DNA of 64,000 nt from Cytophagales bacterium (GTDB taxonomy: Bacteria; Bacteroidota; Bacteroidia; Cytophagales; UBA9547). The notes under the pieces were generated by a model that ran no database searches, was not told the origin of the DNA, and worked only from the letters and a program-made list of their open reading frames with translations. How positions within the stretch are numbered: position 1 is the stretch's first letter; every line of letters begins with the position of its first letter. Position numbers and translations under genes: made by a program. Where the stretch lies: the NCBI GenBank assembly GCA_044357485.1, contig JBIKPL010000001.1, positions 2,988 through 66,987 on the forward strand. The letters run 5' to 3'. Shown here one piece after another: positions 1 through 9,442 of the stretch.

Positions 1-2407
1 TATTAGGGGTAACGGTAATGCTTTGGCTCCAAACCTTGATTCCTAAAACACTATTTCCATCAATAAACATGAATTTACCTGTACCATTCGTATGGTCTTT
101 GGCATTATAAGCCCAAGTATTATTGGTGTTGTCTGATACGATATTGTATTTGCCACCAACACCAGCAGGAAAATTGCCAATCGTGTAGGCGTAGCCTGTT
201 GTGAAACCTGTATTTCCTGAACTAAAATCACCATTGGTAATAAGATTAGGACCTAATTTACCTGTTTTTAAGATATAAGTTCCTGGAGATTTGGCTGTAT
301 AATTGATGGCAAAGGAAGTATCTGCCACGTTTTCTTTTTTACTCCATTTGTAATAATCATTTCCTGCTGGTCCTGTTAAAGTTTGGTTAATGACCGCCCC
401 TTCACAGTATAATTTATCAACGCCAAGAGAAGGTTTGGCACAATCATCATCTATAATTGTGTACGTAGTAGATTTGATACCAAGGTTACAAGTTGTTAGT
501 GAAGTACTTAAATCACCCGTTGCAGCAACGATATTAAATTTTAGGGTTTCAGCACTTTCAGGAACAAGGTCATCGACTACTGTAAAAGGTAATGGAACTC
601 CTGTGATTGTTGTACCATCATAAATACCCGCTGGTATAGTTATGGTGGTTTGGGTGAGGGTATAATCTGTACCAATAGTAGCAGTGGTAGTTACCGCAAT
701 GGTCACGGTAGTTGGGTTAACAATTTTACCCAAAACAATTAACATAGGTTTGTTGGTTGGTGACGATTCAACCGTTGTATAGGTGCCTGCATTAAAGGCA
801 ATGTAGGGATTAACCGTCACCAAAGCATTGCTTGAAAATGTACCAACACAATTTAAATCACTCACAGCAGTAAGCACATAGTTGCCTGTGAAAGAAGGCG
901 TTACACTAAACACATATGGACTAGTAGCAAGGTTTGAAATTGTTTTAGGAATGATGCCATCGGTATAGGTAATACTCCAAGGACTTGTGCCAGTAAAAGT
1001 GGCCGTTAGATTCGTGCTTGCACCTGCACAAATGGTGTTTACACCAGTAAGTGTGGCCGTTGGCAGCACATCTGCGACCCTGCCTAAGCTAAAATAATAG
1101 CCTGTTGCAGCCTTAAAATCTACATCAAATTCTACCCATTGCGAAGCCACATTGAAATTGCTTGGCGCAATTAAAGTTGCACCTGAGGCAAATGTGCCAT
1201 CACCATCTACCATTAATCGATAACTGTTTAAGCTATTACAACCAGTGGCTAAAGTAACCCCAGCAAGTGAAAGTCTTACTTTAACCGTTCCAACTGTACC
1301 GACTTCTTGTGATCGCCAAACCCTTTTTATGCGGGCAATAATTGGAGCTGCAAAATCAACCACACCAGCGCTACTCAAGGCGGTATTGTCGTCACCCCAT
1401 GTTAAAAATGATTTGTCCGACACAAAAGAATTGCCATTTAAAAGATTGGTCGTGGCAATAGCCCCCAAAGCCATCGTCACTTTACTTTCTACCTGTTGAC
1501 TTGTGCCTTGTTTTTGATTTAAGGCACTGGCATCATCTCGGCCAATACCTGCCACGTGATTTTGGTAAACAACACTTTTGTTCCAAATATTGGTAAGGTC
1601 AGAAGCTAAGTAATCAATAGGGCTAGCGGTATTTCCTAAGGTGATGCCATATTTAATACCCAAATAACTTTCCACTTTTCTTCTGTTGGTATAGCTTAAA
1701 TGGCTATTATAATAGATAATTTCTGCAATATGTCCTTGAAATGTATACAAGCCCCCAATGTCGGCCCCAATTGAAAAGTCACCCAATTTTGTTGGATCAA
1801 GGACTATAGGAGAAGCAAAAACTTTTGAAAACTCAAATAGTCCGTTTACATTAAGAGAATCGTTGATGGTATTAGAGTTAGCCGAACCAATAAATGACAA
1901 AGGGTTTACAATGGTGGTGCCTATATTTCTACCGCTCGGTGCCACATTGTTTTTAGGAAAATCAAAACGCAAATAACCATTAGGCGCTTCTATTTCCCAA
2001 GTGGTTCTGTTGGTGGCAGAATTTTGATCCCATTTGGCAATGACATCATTGTTGGCTACATCAATTGGAAGTTCTTTGGTGAATACCACAAAAAATGAAT
2101 TGTTTGAAGCACTCATAAACCTAGATCCCAATACTTGGGCATTGGCATAAAGAGAAGAGGAGTTGTTGAGATACACCGTAGGATTAAAGTTTAAGCCTGC
2201 AGGAACCAACGTTGGAATTCCTCTGACAGCATTGGCATGTACACCGCCCACCACTTGGTTATTCCAAGCGGTTAAGGTTGTGCCGACCAAGGGTACATTG
2301 CCATCGGCTTTATGCCATGAGGTTAAACTTGTTGCGACGCCACCTGGACTTTGGGCTTTTACCAATAATGAAGTCGAAATAAAAACGAGTAGTATAAAAT
2401 TTTTCAT
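1..2407 (-). CDS. Large secreted cell-surface/adhesin-like protein, N-terminal ~802 aa only (C-terminus lies beyond the window start)
   Basis: Absent from the ORF track because it has no in-window stop. ATG at 2407-2405 (reverse strand) reads MKNFILLVFISTSLLVKAQSPGGVATSLTSWHKADG... The same frame is still open at position 58 (..GNSVLGIKVWSQSITVTPN), and only short ORFs exist in the other frames. Has a signal peptide, a LamG-like N-terminal region typical of giant Bacteroidota surface proteins, and a Calx-beta-like segment (TIGTDYTLTQTTITIPAGIYDGTTITGVPLPFTVVDDLVPESAETLKFNI). Confidence 0.75.
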   Translation of the reverse strand, partial: MKNFILLVFISTSLLVKAQSPGGVATSLTSWHKADGNVPLVGTTLTAWNNQVVGGVHANAVRGIPTLVPAGLNFNPTVYLNNSSSLYANAQVLGSRFMSASNNSFFVVFTKELPIDVANNDVIAKWDQNSATNRTTWEIEAPNGYLRFDFPKNNVAPSGRNIGTTIVNPLSFIGSANSNTINDSLNVNGLFEFSKVFASPIVLDPTKLGDFSIGADIGGLYTFQGHIAEIIYYNSHLSYTNRRKVESYLGIKYGITLGNTASPIDYLASDLTNIWNKSVVYQNHVAGIGRDDASALNQKQGTSQQVESKVTMALGAIATTNLLNGNSFVSDKSFLTWGDDNTALSSAGVVDFAAPIIARIKRVWRSQEVGTVGTVKVRLSLAGVTLATGCNSLNSYRLMVDGDGTFASGATLIAPSNFNVASQWVEFDVDFKAATGYYFSLGRVADVLPTATLTGVNTICAGASTNLTATFTGTSPWSITYTDGIIPKTISNLATSPYVFSVTPSFTGNYVLTAVSDLNCVGTFSSNALVTVNPYIAFNAGTYTTVESSPTNKPMLIVLGKIVNPTTVTIAVTTTATIGTDYTLTQTTITIPAGIYDGTTITGVPLPFTVVDDLVPESAETLKFNIVAATGDLSTSLTTCNLGIKSTTYTIIDDDCAKPSLGVDKLYCEGAVINQTLTGPAGNDYYKWSKKENVADTSFAINYTAKSPGTYILKTGKLGPNLITNGDFSSGNTGFTTGYAYTIGNFPAGVGGKYNIVSDNTNNTWAYNAKDHTNGTGKFMFIDGNSVLGIKVWSQSITVTPN

Positions 2408-3050
2408 AAGCTTTAAATTTAATAAAGTATCGAATATTAAAACAAGGCGTTTAAAAGTTAGCATTTCAATGATAGCAAATGCTATCTCGTTGGTTGTACG
2501 GGGATTATATTGACAATGTTAATGAAATTTTCGAATTTTTTTATCTATACGGTGACAAATTAAAAGTAGTTATATAATTATGCGAAAATTTTATTTATTT
2601 GTAATGTAATTAAATTGTTACTATTTAGTTTCGTTATACTTTAAAATCTTTTTTTTGATTAAAATTGTTAAAATTAATTGATTTATGCTTATGATTTGTG
2701 CTGTAAATGGGCCATTGAAATTAATCTGATTCAAATGCTAGTACCTAGCAAAATATAGTTGATTTTATTTATATCTAATACATTTTGAGCGTTTTAATAC
2801 TATTTTTATTATTGTCTGGCTATTGTTAATTGCTTTATGGGAGATTGTTTAGGTAATATGGAAAGACAATTTGCTTGTTATTTTACCCAACATATTGAAT
2901 ACATGCTTTCATTAGCTTTCGTAACCAATATAAATCAAGATGGCATGCAACATGTATTTGGTGAGAAGGAAAGGTAGGGAGATAGTCCGAAATCGTTTTC
3001 GTGCACCATTCCAAAGCCAATTTTTCCATGCTTAGTTTCGCAACATCTTA

Positions 3051-3080
3051 TTGCTTCCCCATAAAAAATATGTATTTTTG
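3051..3080 (+). promoter_or_regulatory. Candidate Bacteroidota sigma-A promoter for ruvB (-33 TTG / -7 TAnnTTTG)
   Basis: TTG at 3051-3053, a 19-nt spacer, then TATTTTTG at 3073-3080, 20 nt upstream of the ruvB ATG. Same geometry as the box at 8281-8310. Confidence 0.3.
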
Positions 3081-3099
3081 AACAAGCAATAAAATCACT

Positions 3100-4125
3100 A
3101 TGCGCGAAGATTATTTGAATGCTGACAACGAAAACTTGTCTTCAAATGAAAAAGAAATTGAAAGAGCACTTAGACCCTTGTCTTTTAGCGATTTTGAGGG
3201 GCAACAAAAAACCGTTGATAACCTCAAAATATTTGTAAGTGCGGCCAAACAAAGGGGGGAAGCACTTGACCATATTTTATTACATGGCCCTCCAGGTTTA
3301 GGAAAAACCACACTATCGCATATTATTGCCAACGAATTGGCTTCAAGCATTAAAATCACTTCTGGTCCGGTGCTTGATAAACCAAGTGATTTGGCTGGTT
3401 TATTAACCAACTTGGAACCTAATGATGTGTTGTTTATCGATGAAATTCATAGGCTTAGTCCAATCGTAGAGGAGTATTTATATTCCGCTATGGAAGATTA
3501 TCGCATTGATATCATGCTCGATTCTGGTCCAAATGCTAGAACGGTTCAAATTTCATTAAGCCCTTTTACCCTTATTGGGGCTACTACCCGTGCAGGCTTA
3601 TTGACCTCCCCATTGCGTGCAAGGTTTGGCATCAATGCCCGCTTAGAATATTATGATGCCAAATTATTGACCAGCATTGTCATGAGATCATGTGCCATCT
3701 TAGGCACCCCAATCGAAGAAGATGGTGCTTATGAAATTGCCAGAAGAAGCAGAGGCACTCCACGTATTGCCAATAATCTTTTAAGAAGAACCAGGGATTT
3801 TGCCCAAATAAAAGGCAACGGAAAAATTACCGTGGCCATAGCAGAAATGGCGCTTGAAGCGCTTGATGTTGATCAAAATGGCTTAGATGAAATGGACAAT
3901 CGCATTTTATTGACCATCATCAATAAATTTAAAGGGGGGCCGGTTGGGCTTTCCACCATTGCTACTGCTTGTGGTGAAGAAGCAGAAACCATTGAGGAAA
4001 TGTATGAACCATTCTTGATTCAAGAAGGCTATCTTAAAAGAACTTCTAGGGGTCGTGAGGCCACTGAACTAGCCTATAAACATCTAAATATTGTACCTAG
4101 ACTCAAGCCTGGAACACTTTTTTAG
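3100..4125 (+). CDS. ruvB: Holliday junction branch migration DNA helicase RuvB
   Basis: 341 aa. Walker [10 protein letters not shown], Walker B FIDEIHRL, RuvB-type AAA+ core and C-terminal winged-helix region. Full-length family resemblance. Confidence 0.95.
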   Translation: MREDYLNADNENLSSNEKEIERALRPLSFSDFEGQQKTVDNLKIFVSAAKQRGEALDHILLHGPPGLGKTTLSHIIANELASSIKITSGPVLDKPSDLAGLLTNLEPNDVLFIDEIHRLSPIVEEYLYSAMEDYRIDIMLDSGPNARTVQISLSPFTLIGATTRAGLLTSPLRARFGINARLEYYDAKLLTSIVMRSCAILGTPIEEDGAYEIARRSRGTPRIANNLLRRTRDFAQIKGNGKITVAIAEMALEALDVDQNGLDEMDNRILLTIINKFKGGPVGLSTIATACGEEAETIEEMYEPFLIQEGYLKRTSRGREATELAYKHLNIVPRLKPGTLF

Positions 4126-4135
4126 GTGAATGTTT

Positions 4136-4151
4136 TATGACTTCGGTCATA
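4136..4151 (+). terminator. Stem-loop with cUUCGg-type tetraloop 11 nt after the ruvB stop
   Basis: tatgac-ttcg-gtcata: perfect 6-bp stem with a TTCG loop. No strong T-tract follows, so terminator function is uncertain. Confidence 0.3.
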
Positions 4152-4263
4152 GTTTACTTAAAATTTGTCACCAATATTGATTCAAAAGGTGCCCTATGTT
4201 AAAGATTTATATGGATATATTTAAAGTTTTTTATATCTTGCTAATATTAAATAGGATATTGTA

Positions 4264-5274
4264 GTGACCATACGCAAACAACTTAGGGGTCTTTTTATTG
4301 CCATTGGACTATTGTGCATGAGCCTCATTATTGGGGTAACTGGCTTTATGACCATTGAAGGCTATACCTTGTTAGAGGCATTGTTCATGTCTGTGATTAC
4401 GATTTCTACCGTTGGGTTCACGGAGGTGCATTTATTATCGGATCGAGGAATGGTGTTTACGGCAATTTACATTATCTTAAATTTAATTATTTTTGCCTAT
4501 GTAGTTTCTGTGATCAGCAAGTTTCTATTTGAAGGTAAATTAAAATCTATTTATCAAGTATATATGTTTGAAAAACACCTCAGTACTTTAACTAACCATA
4601 TTATTGTTTGTGGTTATGGCAGCAATGGCTCTCATACTTGTGAGGAACTTTATAAAAACAAAAAGAAGTTTGTCATTATAGATGCTAACAGTGAAATTCC
4701 TCGTCGTTTTCCGGACAACATAGAACATGATTTTGTTTGTGGTGATGCCACCAATGAAGATGTACTCATTAGAGCAGGGGTTAAAAATGCCTCCGTATTA
4801 ATTATTGCGACATCTTCTGATGCCGCCAATGTATTCATTACATTAACAGCCAGAGAATTAAACCCTAAAATTAAAATCATTTCAAGGGCTTCTGAACCAA
4901 GTTCAGAAAAGAAATTATACCATGCTGGGGCAACCAATGTTATTCTTCCGGATGTTATTGGGGGTACTTTTATGGCCAGGTTAATTACCAAGCCAGAGGT
5001 CATTGAATTTATGGAATTGCTCAGTGGAGACAATGATTTATCAATTCGATTAGAAGAATATAAGTTTGATCAACTTAAGCAGCAATTCAGAAACAAATCT
5101 ATTAAAGAATTAGAAATCAGTAACCATACTGGCGTTACTTTGGTAGGGTTTAAAGATAATCTGAAAGGATTTATGCCTTTTAAACCTGAAACCATTTTTG
5201 GGGAAAATGACATCATGATTATTTTAGGTACAGATGAAACTTTGCATACTTTTAAAAAGGTGTTTGTCGCTTAA
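4264..5274 (+). CDS. Two-TM ion channel with RCK (TrkA-N/TrkA-C) domains; potassium-channel family with a non-canonical filter
   Basis: 336 aa. N-terminal TM helices plus pore segment ISTVGFTEV, Rossmann-like IIVCGYGSNG (TrkA-N) and a C-terminal TrkA-C-like region. GTG start per ORF track. Confidence 0.8.
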   Translation: MTIRKQLRGLFIAIGLLCMSLIIGVTGFMTIEGYTLLEALFMSVITISTVGFTEVHLLSDRGMVFTAIYIILNLIIFAYVVSVISKFLFEGKLKSIYQVYMFEKHLSTLTNHIIVCGYGSNGSHTCEELYKNKKKFVIIDANSEIPRRFPDNIEHDFVCGDATNEDVLIRAGVKNASVLIIATSSDAANVFITLTARELNPKIKIISRASEPSSEKKLYHAGATNVILPDVIGGTFMARLITKPEVIEFMELLSGDNDLSIRLEEYKFDQLKQQFRNKSIKELEISNHTGVTLVGFKDNLKGFMPFKPETIFGENDIMIILGTDETLHTFKKVFVA

Positions 5275-5340
5275 GCATTGTCGGTAGCATAACCACATGT
5301 AGGCATTGCTTCTTACCAATACTTCCACTACTGACAACCC

Positions 5341-5577
5341 TTACACTAATTTGCCAATTACCTCAAATTTATCGAACACAAAAACGGTATGAGGGGCATC
5401 TTCCATTTCTTCGGTGAGGTCTTGCCCGGCCCAATGTTCGTAATGTTTGCCATTTCTCCATAATTTAGAAAGACTTACATCATAAATAAGGCCTTTAAAG
5501 GCACACCAAATCTCTGGTTTGTCTTGACCATTGCGTAATGCTAACTGAGATCTGGTATAGGTGGGTACGTTTTCCAA
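5341..5577 (-). CDS. Cytochrome b5-like heme/steroid-binding domain protein (small)
   Basis: 78 aa. The pattern LALRNGQDKPEIWCAFKGLIYDVS...W.NGKH resembles bacterial b5-like domain proteins. Confidence 0.55.
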   Translation of the reverse strand: MENVPTYTRSQLALRNGQDKPEIWCAFKGLIYDVSLSKLWRNGKHYEHWAGQDLTEEMEDAPHTVFVFDKFEVIGKLV

Positions 5578-5888
5578 AGTATGTTAATTAATGATAAGTC
5601 TATTACAATACAAAAAAATTATGGCTCTAAATGATTTTGTATGGGCAAATAATATTGATTATGTTTTTGGTAATACCAAACTGAGCGGTATTAAAACCAT
5701 TTTTGTTTGGTGATTGCATTTTAATTGGAACATTAAATTATGACTTTAATAGTGTTACATCTCTTTAAGTAATTACCTACAAACAAATTTAATTATAGCC
5801 ATAAGGTAGGTGTAATTCGCTTTTCGTTAGCGGGAGAGGCTTTGTTTGAGCATCCCGAAAAAATCGGGACGAGTACCGATCACGCGAC

Positions 5889-6059
5889 CAATGTCGTTAA
5901 GTTAAGGAAAAAAATCAGCGATAATCCGTTATATCCTCTTGATCCGCGTTCCAAGTTTTTATTCTTTGACAAAGAATAAAAACTTGGAACACAGATTTGG
6001 CGGATTAAGCGGGTTATCACGGATTTTAAAGTATCAAAATGCTTAACTTAACGACATTG
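5889..6059. repeat. MITE-like nested palindromic element, copy A (171 bp)
   Basis: Perfect 18-bp terminal inverted repeats: caatgtcgttaagttaag (5889-5906) and cttaacttaacgacattg (6042-6059). Perfect central 18+1+18 palindrome at 5951-5987. Internal aatccg/gatccgcg motifs. Flanked by cacgcgac (5881-5888) and cacacgac (6060-6067). A second copy lies at 47284-47457 in inverted orientation. Confidence 0.75.
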
Positions 6060-6160
6060 CACACGACACGAAGGGAAACGCCCTAATTCATTTATTTAAT
6101 ATCAATCAACCCTACCCACAACAAATCATCTACCACCAACAAATGGAATAGGGCACAATA

Positions 6161-7720
6161 TTATTCGGCCCCAATTCCCAAATAGGTTCTGATTTTTTCT
6201 TTTTCGAACTTCAGTTGAGCTTCTTCTTCTTTGGTAAATAAAGATACTACAATACCGATGATAAAAGCTGCTGTCATTGAAACAATCGCAGGGTTTTTAA
6301 GTGGGAATATAGCGGTATCATTTTTAAAAATATCAACCCAAACGGTAGGGCTCAATACAATTAATACAATAGAAATGATAGCGCCAGACAATATGCTCCA
6401 AGCAGCCCCTTGGGTAGAGAATTTTTTCCAAACAATTGACATAATGAGCGCTGGAAAGTTAGCACTTGCCGCAATTGAGAAGGCTAATCCAACCATAAAG
6501 GCAACATTTTGTCCTTTAAAAAGTAAGCCCAATGAAATGGCCAAAATGCCTAAACCTATGGTCGCTTGTTTGGCTACTTTTACTTCGCCTTTTTCATCGG
6601 AAACGCCTTTTTTAATAACGTTTACATACAAATCATGCGATAAAGTAGAGGCACCAGAAAGGGTTAAACCAGCAACAACCGCAAGAATCGTGGCAAATGC
6701 CACCGCTGCAATAAAGCCCATAAACAAATTCCCTCCGGTAGCTTCCGATAGCAATATCGCTGACATATTTCCACCCGCATCAATGGTAGCAATGGCCTCA
6801 CGACCTACAATGGCAGCAGCAGCAAATCCAATAACAAAGGTTAAAATATAGAAATAACCAATAAATCCAGTGGCAACAAATACAGATTTACGTGCTTCTT
6901 TGGCGCTAGGTACGGTATAAAAACGCATCAAAATATGCGGTAATCCAGCGGTGCCTAACATCAAGGCCAAACCTAAAGAAATAGAATCTAAAGGATTAGC
7001 AATTTGTCCGCCAGGCGACAATGCTTCAATTCCGTAATCATCGGCTACTTTTTTAAAGATGGCTACTAAGTTAAAATCAAATTTAGCCAACGCTAAAATC
7101 ACCAACAAAGTGGCTCCACCTAGCAATAGCACCGCTTTGATGATTTGTACCCAAGTAGTGGCCAACATCCCCCCAAACAACACATAACTTACCATTACAG
7201 CACCCACAATAATTACCGCAACATTGTAATCGATGCCGAAAAGTTTTTGCACCAAACCACCTGCACCAACCATTTGCGCAATTAAATAAAAGGTAATGGT
7301 GGCAATGGAGCCAAATGCTGCTGCGATTCTAATTGGTCTTTGTTGTAGACGAAAGGCAACAACATCGGCAAAGGTATATTTACCTAAATTTCGCAAAGGT
7401 TCGGCTACTAAAAACATAATTAAAGGCCAACCCACAATAAAGCCGATAGAATAAATTAAGCCATCGAATCCTTTCATGGCTACCATACCGGCAATACCTA
7501 AAAATGAGGCGGCACTCATGTAATCACCCGCCAAGGCTAAGCCATTTTGAAAACCAGTAATACTACGACCAGCAGCATAAAATTCAGAGGTTGTCTTTGT
7601 TTTTTTGGATGCCCAATAAGTAATGCCCATGGTAATGGCCACAAAAACGAAAAACATGCCTATCGATGCCCAATTAGGTTGTCCGATAGCGGAGACTTGA
7701 AGTAAAATGGTATATAACAT
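6161..7720 (-). CDS. actP: Cation/acetate symporter (sodium:solute symporter family)
   Basis: 519 aa polytopic SSF-type transporter directly downstream of a DUF485 gene, the classic yjcH-actP arrangement. Confidence 0.8.
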   Translation of the reverse strand: MLYTILLQVSAIGQPNWASIGMFFVFVAITMGITYWASKKTKTTSEFYAAGRSITGFQNGLALAGDYMSAASFLGIAGMVAMKGFDGLIYSIGFIVGWPLIMFLVAEPLRNLGKYTFADVVAFRLQQRPIRIAAAFGSIATITFYLIAQMVGAGGLVQKLFGIDYNVAVIIVGAVMVSYVLFGGMLATTWVQIIKAVLLLGGATLLVILALAKFDFNLVAIFKKVADDYGIEALSPGGQIANPLDSISLGLALMLGTAGLPHILMRFYTVPSAKEARKSVFVATGFIGYFYILTFVIGFAAAAIVGREAIATIDAGGNMSAILLSEATGGNLFMGFIAAVAFATILAVVAGLTLSGASTLSHDLYVNVIKKGVSDEKGEVKVAKQATIGLGILAISLGLLFKGQNVAFMVGLAFSIAASANFPALIMSIVWKKFSTQGAAWSILSGAIISIVLIVLSPTVWVDIFKNDTAIFPLKNPAIVSMTAAFIIGIVVSLFTKEEEAQLKFEKEKIRTYLGIGAE

Positions 7721-7770
7721 TTGATATGGATAAATGACAATTTTTTAAATACAGCTTAAACAAAAGCTGT

Positions 7771-8073
7771 TTATGGTTGAATTTGTTTTTTGAGTGCTTC
7801 TACCTCTTTGTCATAGTAATTATTGGCCCAATAGGTATATACGCCAGTCATAAGCCAAGCAAAAATAATGAGACCAATTCCCACCGGAATCGCCAAGGTG
7901 ATATTGTCGGCAATGAGTTGACTAAAATAGGTTTTATCGAGCGCAATGGTAATGATAAATCCAAAATAGGCCGTTAACATAATGAGGGTAAGCACAATAG
8001 AAATGGTCCATTTTCGAACCACTAATTTGCGGAATGCCGCAGAGGCTAATACTGTTTGTAATTTTTCGTTCAT
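7771..8073 (-). CDS. DUF485 (YjcH-like) inner-membrane protein
   Basis: 100 aa with two TM helices, upstream partner of actP. Confidence 0.75.
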   Translation of the reverse strand: MNEKLQTVLASAAFRKLVVRKWTISIVLTLIMLTAYFGFIITIALDKTYFSQLIADNITLAIPVGIGLIIFAWLMTGVYTYWANNYYDKEVEALKKQIQP

Positions 8074-8280
8074 AAACTTTGCAGGAATTCTTCTAAATTA
8101 TTAAAAAATGTTTATATGTCAATCATAAAGCTATTTTTTTCAGGAAACAGCAAACCAACCCATAGCTTAAATCAGATAATAATTATGTTGTTTTGTGATA
8201 AGAATAATAGGTTAATGGTTTGAGTAGGCATTAAACTTTGGGGTAAATTATACGATTATATAAATCGAATAGCCACTGTT

Positions 8281-8310
8281 TTGATTAAAGTTCAAAAATG
8301 TATATTTTTG
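8281..8310 (+). promoter_or_regulatory. Candidate promoter (-33 TTG / -7 TAnnTTTG) for the acyltransferase/SGNH gene pair
   Basis: TTG at 8281-8283, a 19-nt spacer, then TATTTTTG at 8303-8310, 28 nt upstream of the ATG at 8338. Confidence 0.3.
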
Positions 8311-8337
8311 TTTCTTAGAAACCCAAACCAGTACTGA

Positions 8338-9438
8338 ATGAAGTTCCCATTTATAGATAATATTAGATTTTACTCCATCCTTTCAATTGTAACCTTTCAT
8401 GCTTGTTTGGTATTTTTAGAATTCAACAAAAATGATATTGTCTATGACGATATTCGACAATTTGAAATTTTATCACTGATGCAATTTTTAAGGTTTGGCA
8501 ATATTTGTTTTTTTATGATTTCCGGTTTTTTATTTGGTCATAGCATGAAAAATAGCCCTGCTATTAAAACCGATGCCATCAAGTATGTAAAAAAAAGATG
8601 GAACGTATTGAAAGTGCCCACTTTACTGTTTTCATTAGTATTAGCCCTGTTAGGCTTATTTATACCTATTGTTAAACATTTTCTTTCTGGTGATGAATTA
8701 ACTTTAAATATAATGATTAAACAAGTAGGTAAAGATTTCTTCTTTGGCTATACTTGGTTTATCTATAATTTATTTTTAGGCTTATTATTGATTATGGTCA
8801 TTAATATGTATACTTCTTTGAAAAAAATAATTTTTATCGGCACGTTATTCTTGGCCATATTTTGGGGCGTTAATCCTTATTTTCAATGGATCAATGTTAC
8901 GGCTCACATGTTTACCTTTTTGGGCTTTTCTTTTTATATTTTATTGGGCTATTATTTAGGTATGCACCAACAGATCTTTAATAAAATCATCGATTTCATA
9001 ACCGAAAACAGGGTTATATATGCAATTATCTTATTGTTAACTTTTGTAGTCGCCTATTGGGAATCAATATATTTATACAATTATAGTTCCGTATTACCCT
9101 ATTATAATTTAAAGTTAAGTACCCAAATTCAATCCATGGTCATATTTTTTGGCTTTTGTAGCTTCTTTACGAGGCCTATGTATCCTAAAATATTCAATCC
9201 TACGGTAGAGACCGTTGGCATCTATTTCTTACACACCCTGGTTATTTTCTTCCTATATTTTAGTTCTTTTGCCATTCTTATTTGGGGGTATAATATCAAA
9301 GGAAAAGAAGAAATTCCTTTTAAATTCATTCCTTATTTATTAATTTTCTCCTCCATATTTGTTTATTTGGTTACAGTGGTCTGTGTGAAATACATTGCCA
9401 AAACAAAGTTTTCGTTTTTAATAGGGATAAAAAAATAA
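8338..9438 (+). CDS. Acyltransferase family 3 (AT3) integral membrane O-acyltransferase
   Basis: 366 aa, about 10 TM helices, AT3-like N-terminal pattern (SILSIVTFHA...). Confidence 0.7.
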   Translation: MKFPFIDNIRFYSILSIVTFHACLVFLEFNKNDIVYDDIRQFEILSLMQFLRFGNICFFMISGFLFGHSMKNSPAIKTDAIKYVKKRWNVLKVPTLLFSLVLALLGLFIPIVKHFLSGDELTLNIMIKQVGKDFFFGYTWFIYNLFLGLLLIMVINMYTSLKKIIFIGTLFLAIFWGVNPYFQWINVTAHMFTFLGFSFYILLGYYLGMHQQIFNKIIDFITENRVIYAIILLLTFVVAYWESIYLYNYSSVLPYYNLKLSTQIQSMVIFFGFCSFFTRPMYPKIFNPTVETVGIYFLHTLVIFFLYFSSFAILIWGYNIKGKEEIPFKFIPYLLIFSSIFVYLVTVVCVKYIAKTKFSFLIGIKK

Positions 9439-9442
9439 TAAT

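Noticed and set aside
43-2513. Short ORFs from the track (43-234 -, 390-623 +, 1245-1499 +, 1758-1976 +, 2163-2513 +)
   Set aside because: All lie antisense to or out of frame with the long open frame 1-2407 (-), which has a clear signal peptide and recognisable surface-protein domains. Their sequences are low-complexity translations with no motifs.
5821-5888. Relatively GC-rich stretch with hairpin tcccga-aaaaa-tcggga left of MITE copy A, considered as part of the element
   Set aside because: It has no counterpart next to copy B and no symmetric partner on the right flank. It may be a remnant of another repeat family but cannot be supported from this window.
6231-6851. 206-aa plus-strand ORF inside actP
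   Set aside because: It is antisense to a full-length, clearly recognisable SSF transporter. Mirror ORFs of this kind are typical of hydrophobic-codon-rich membrane genes.
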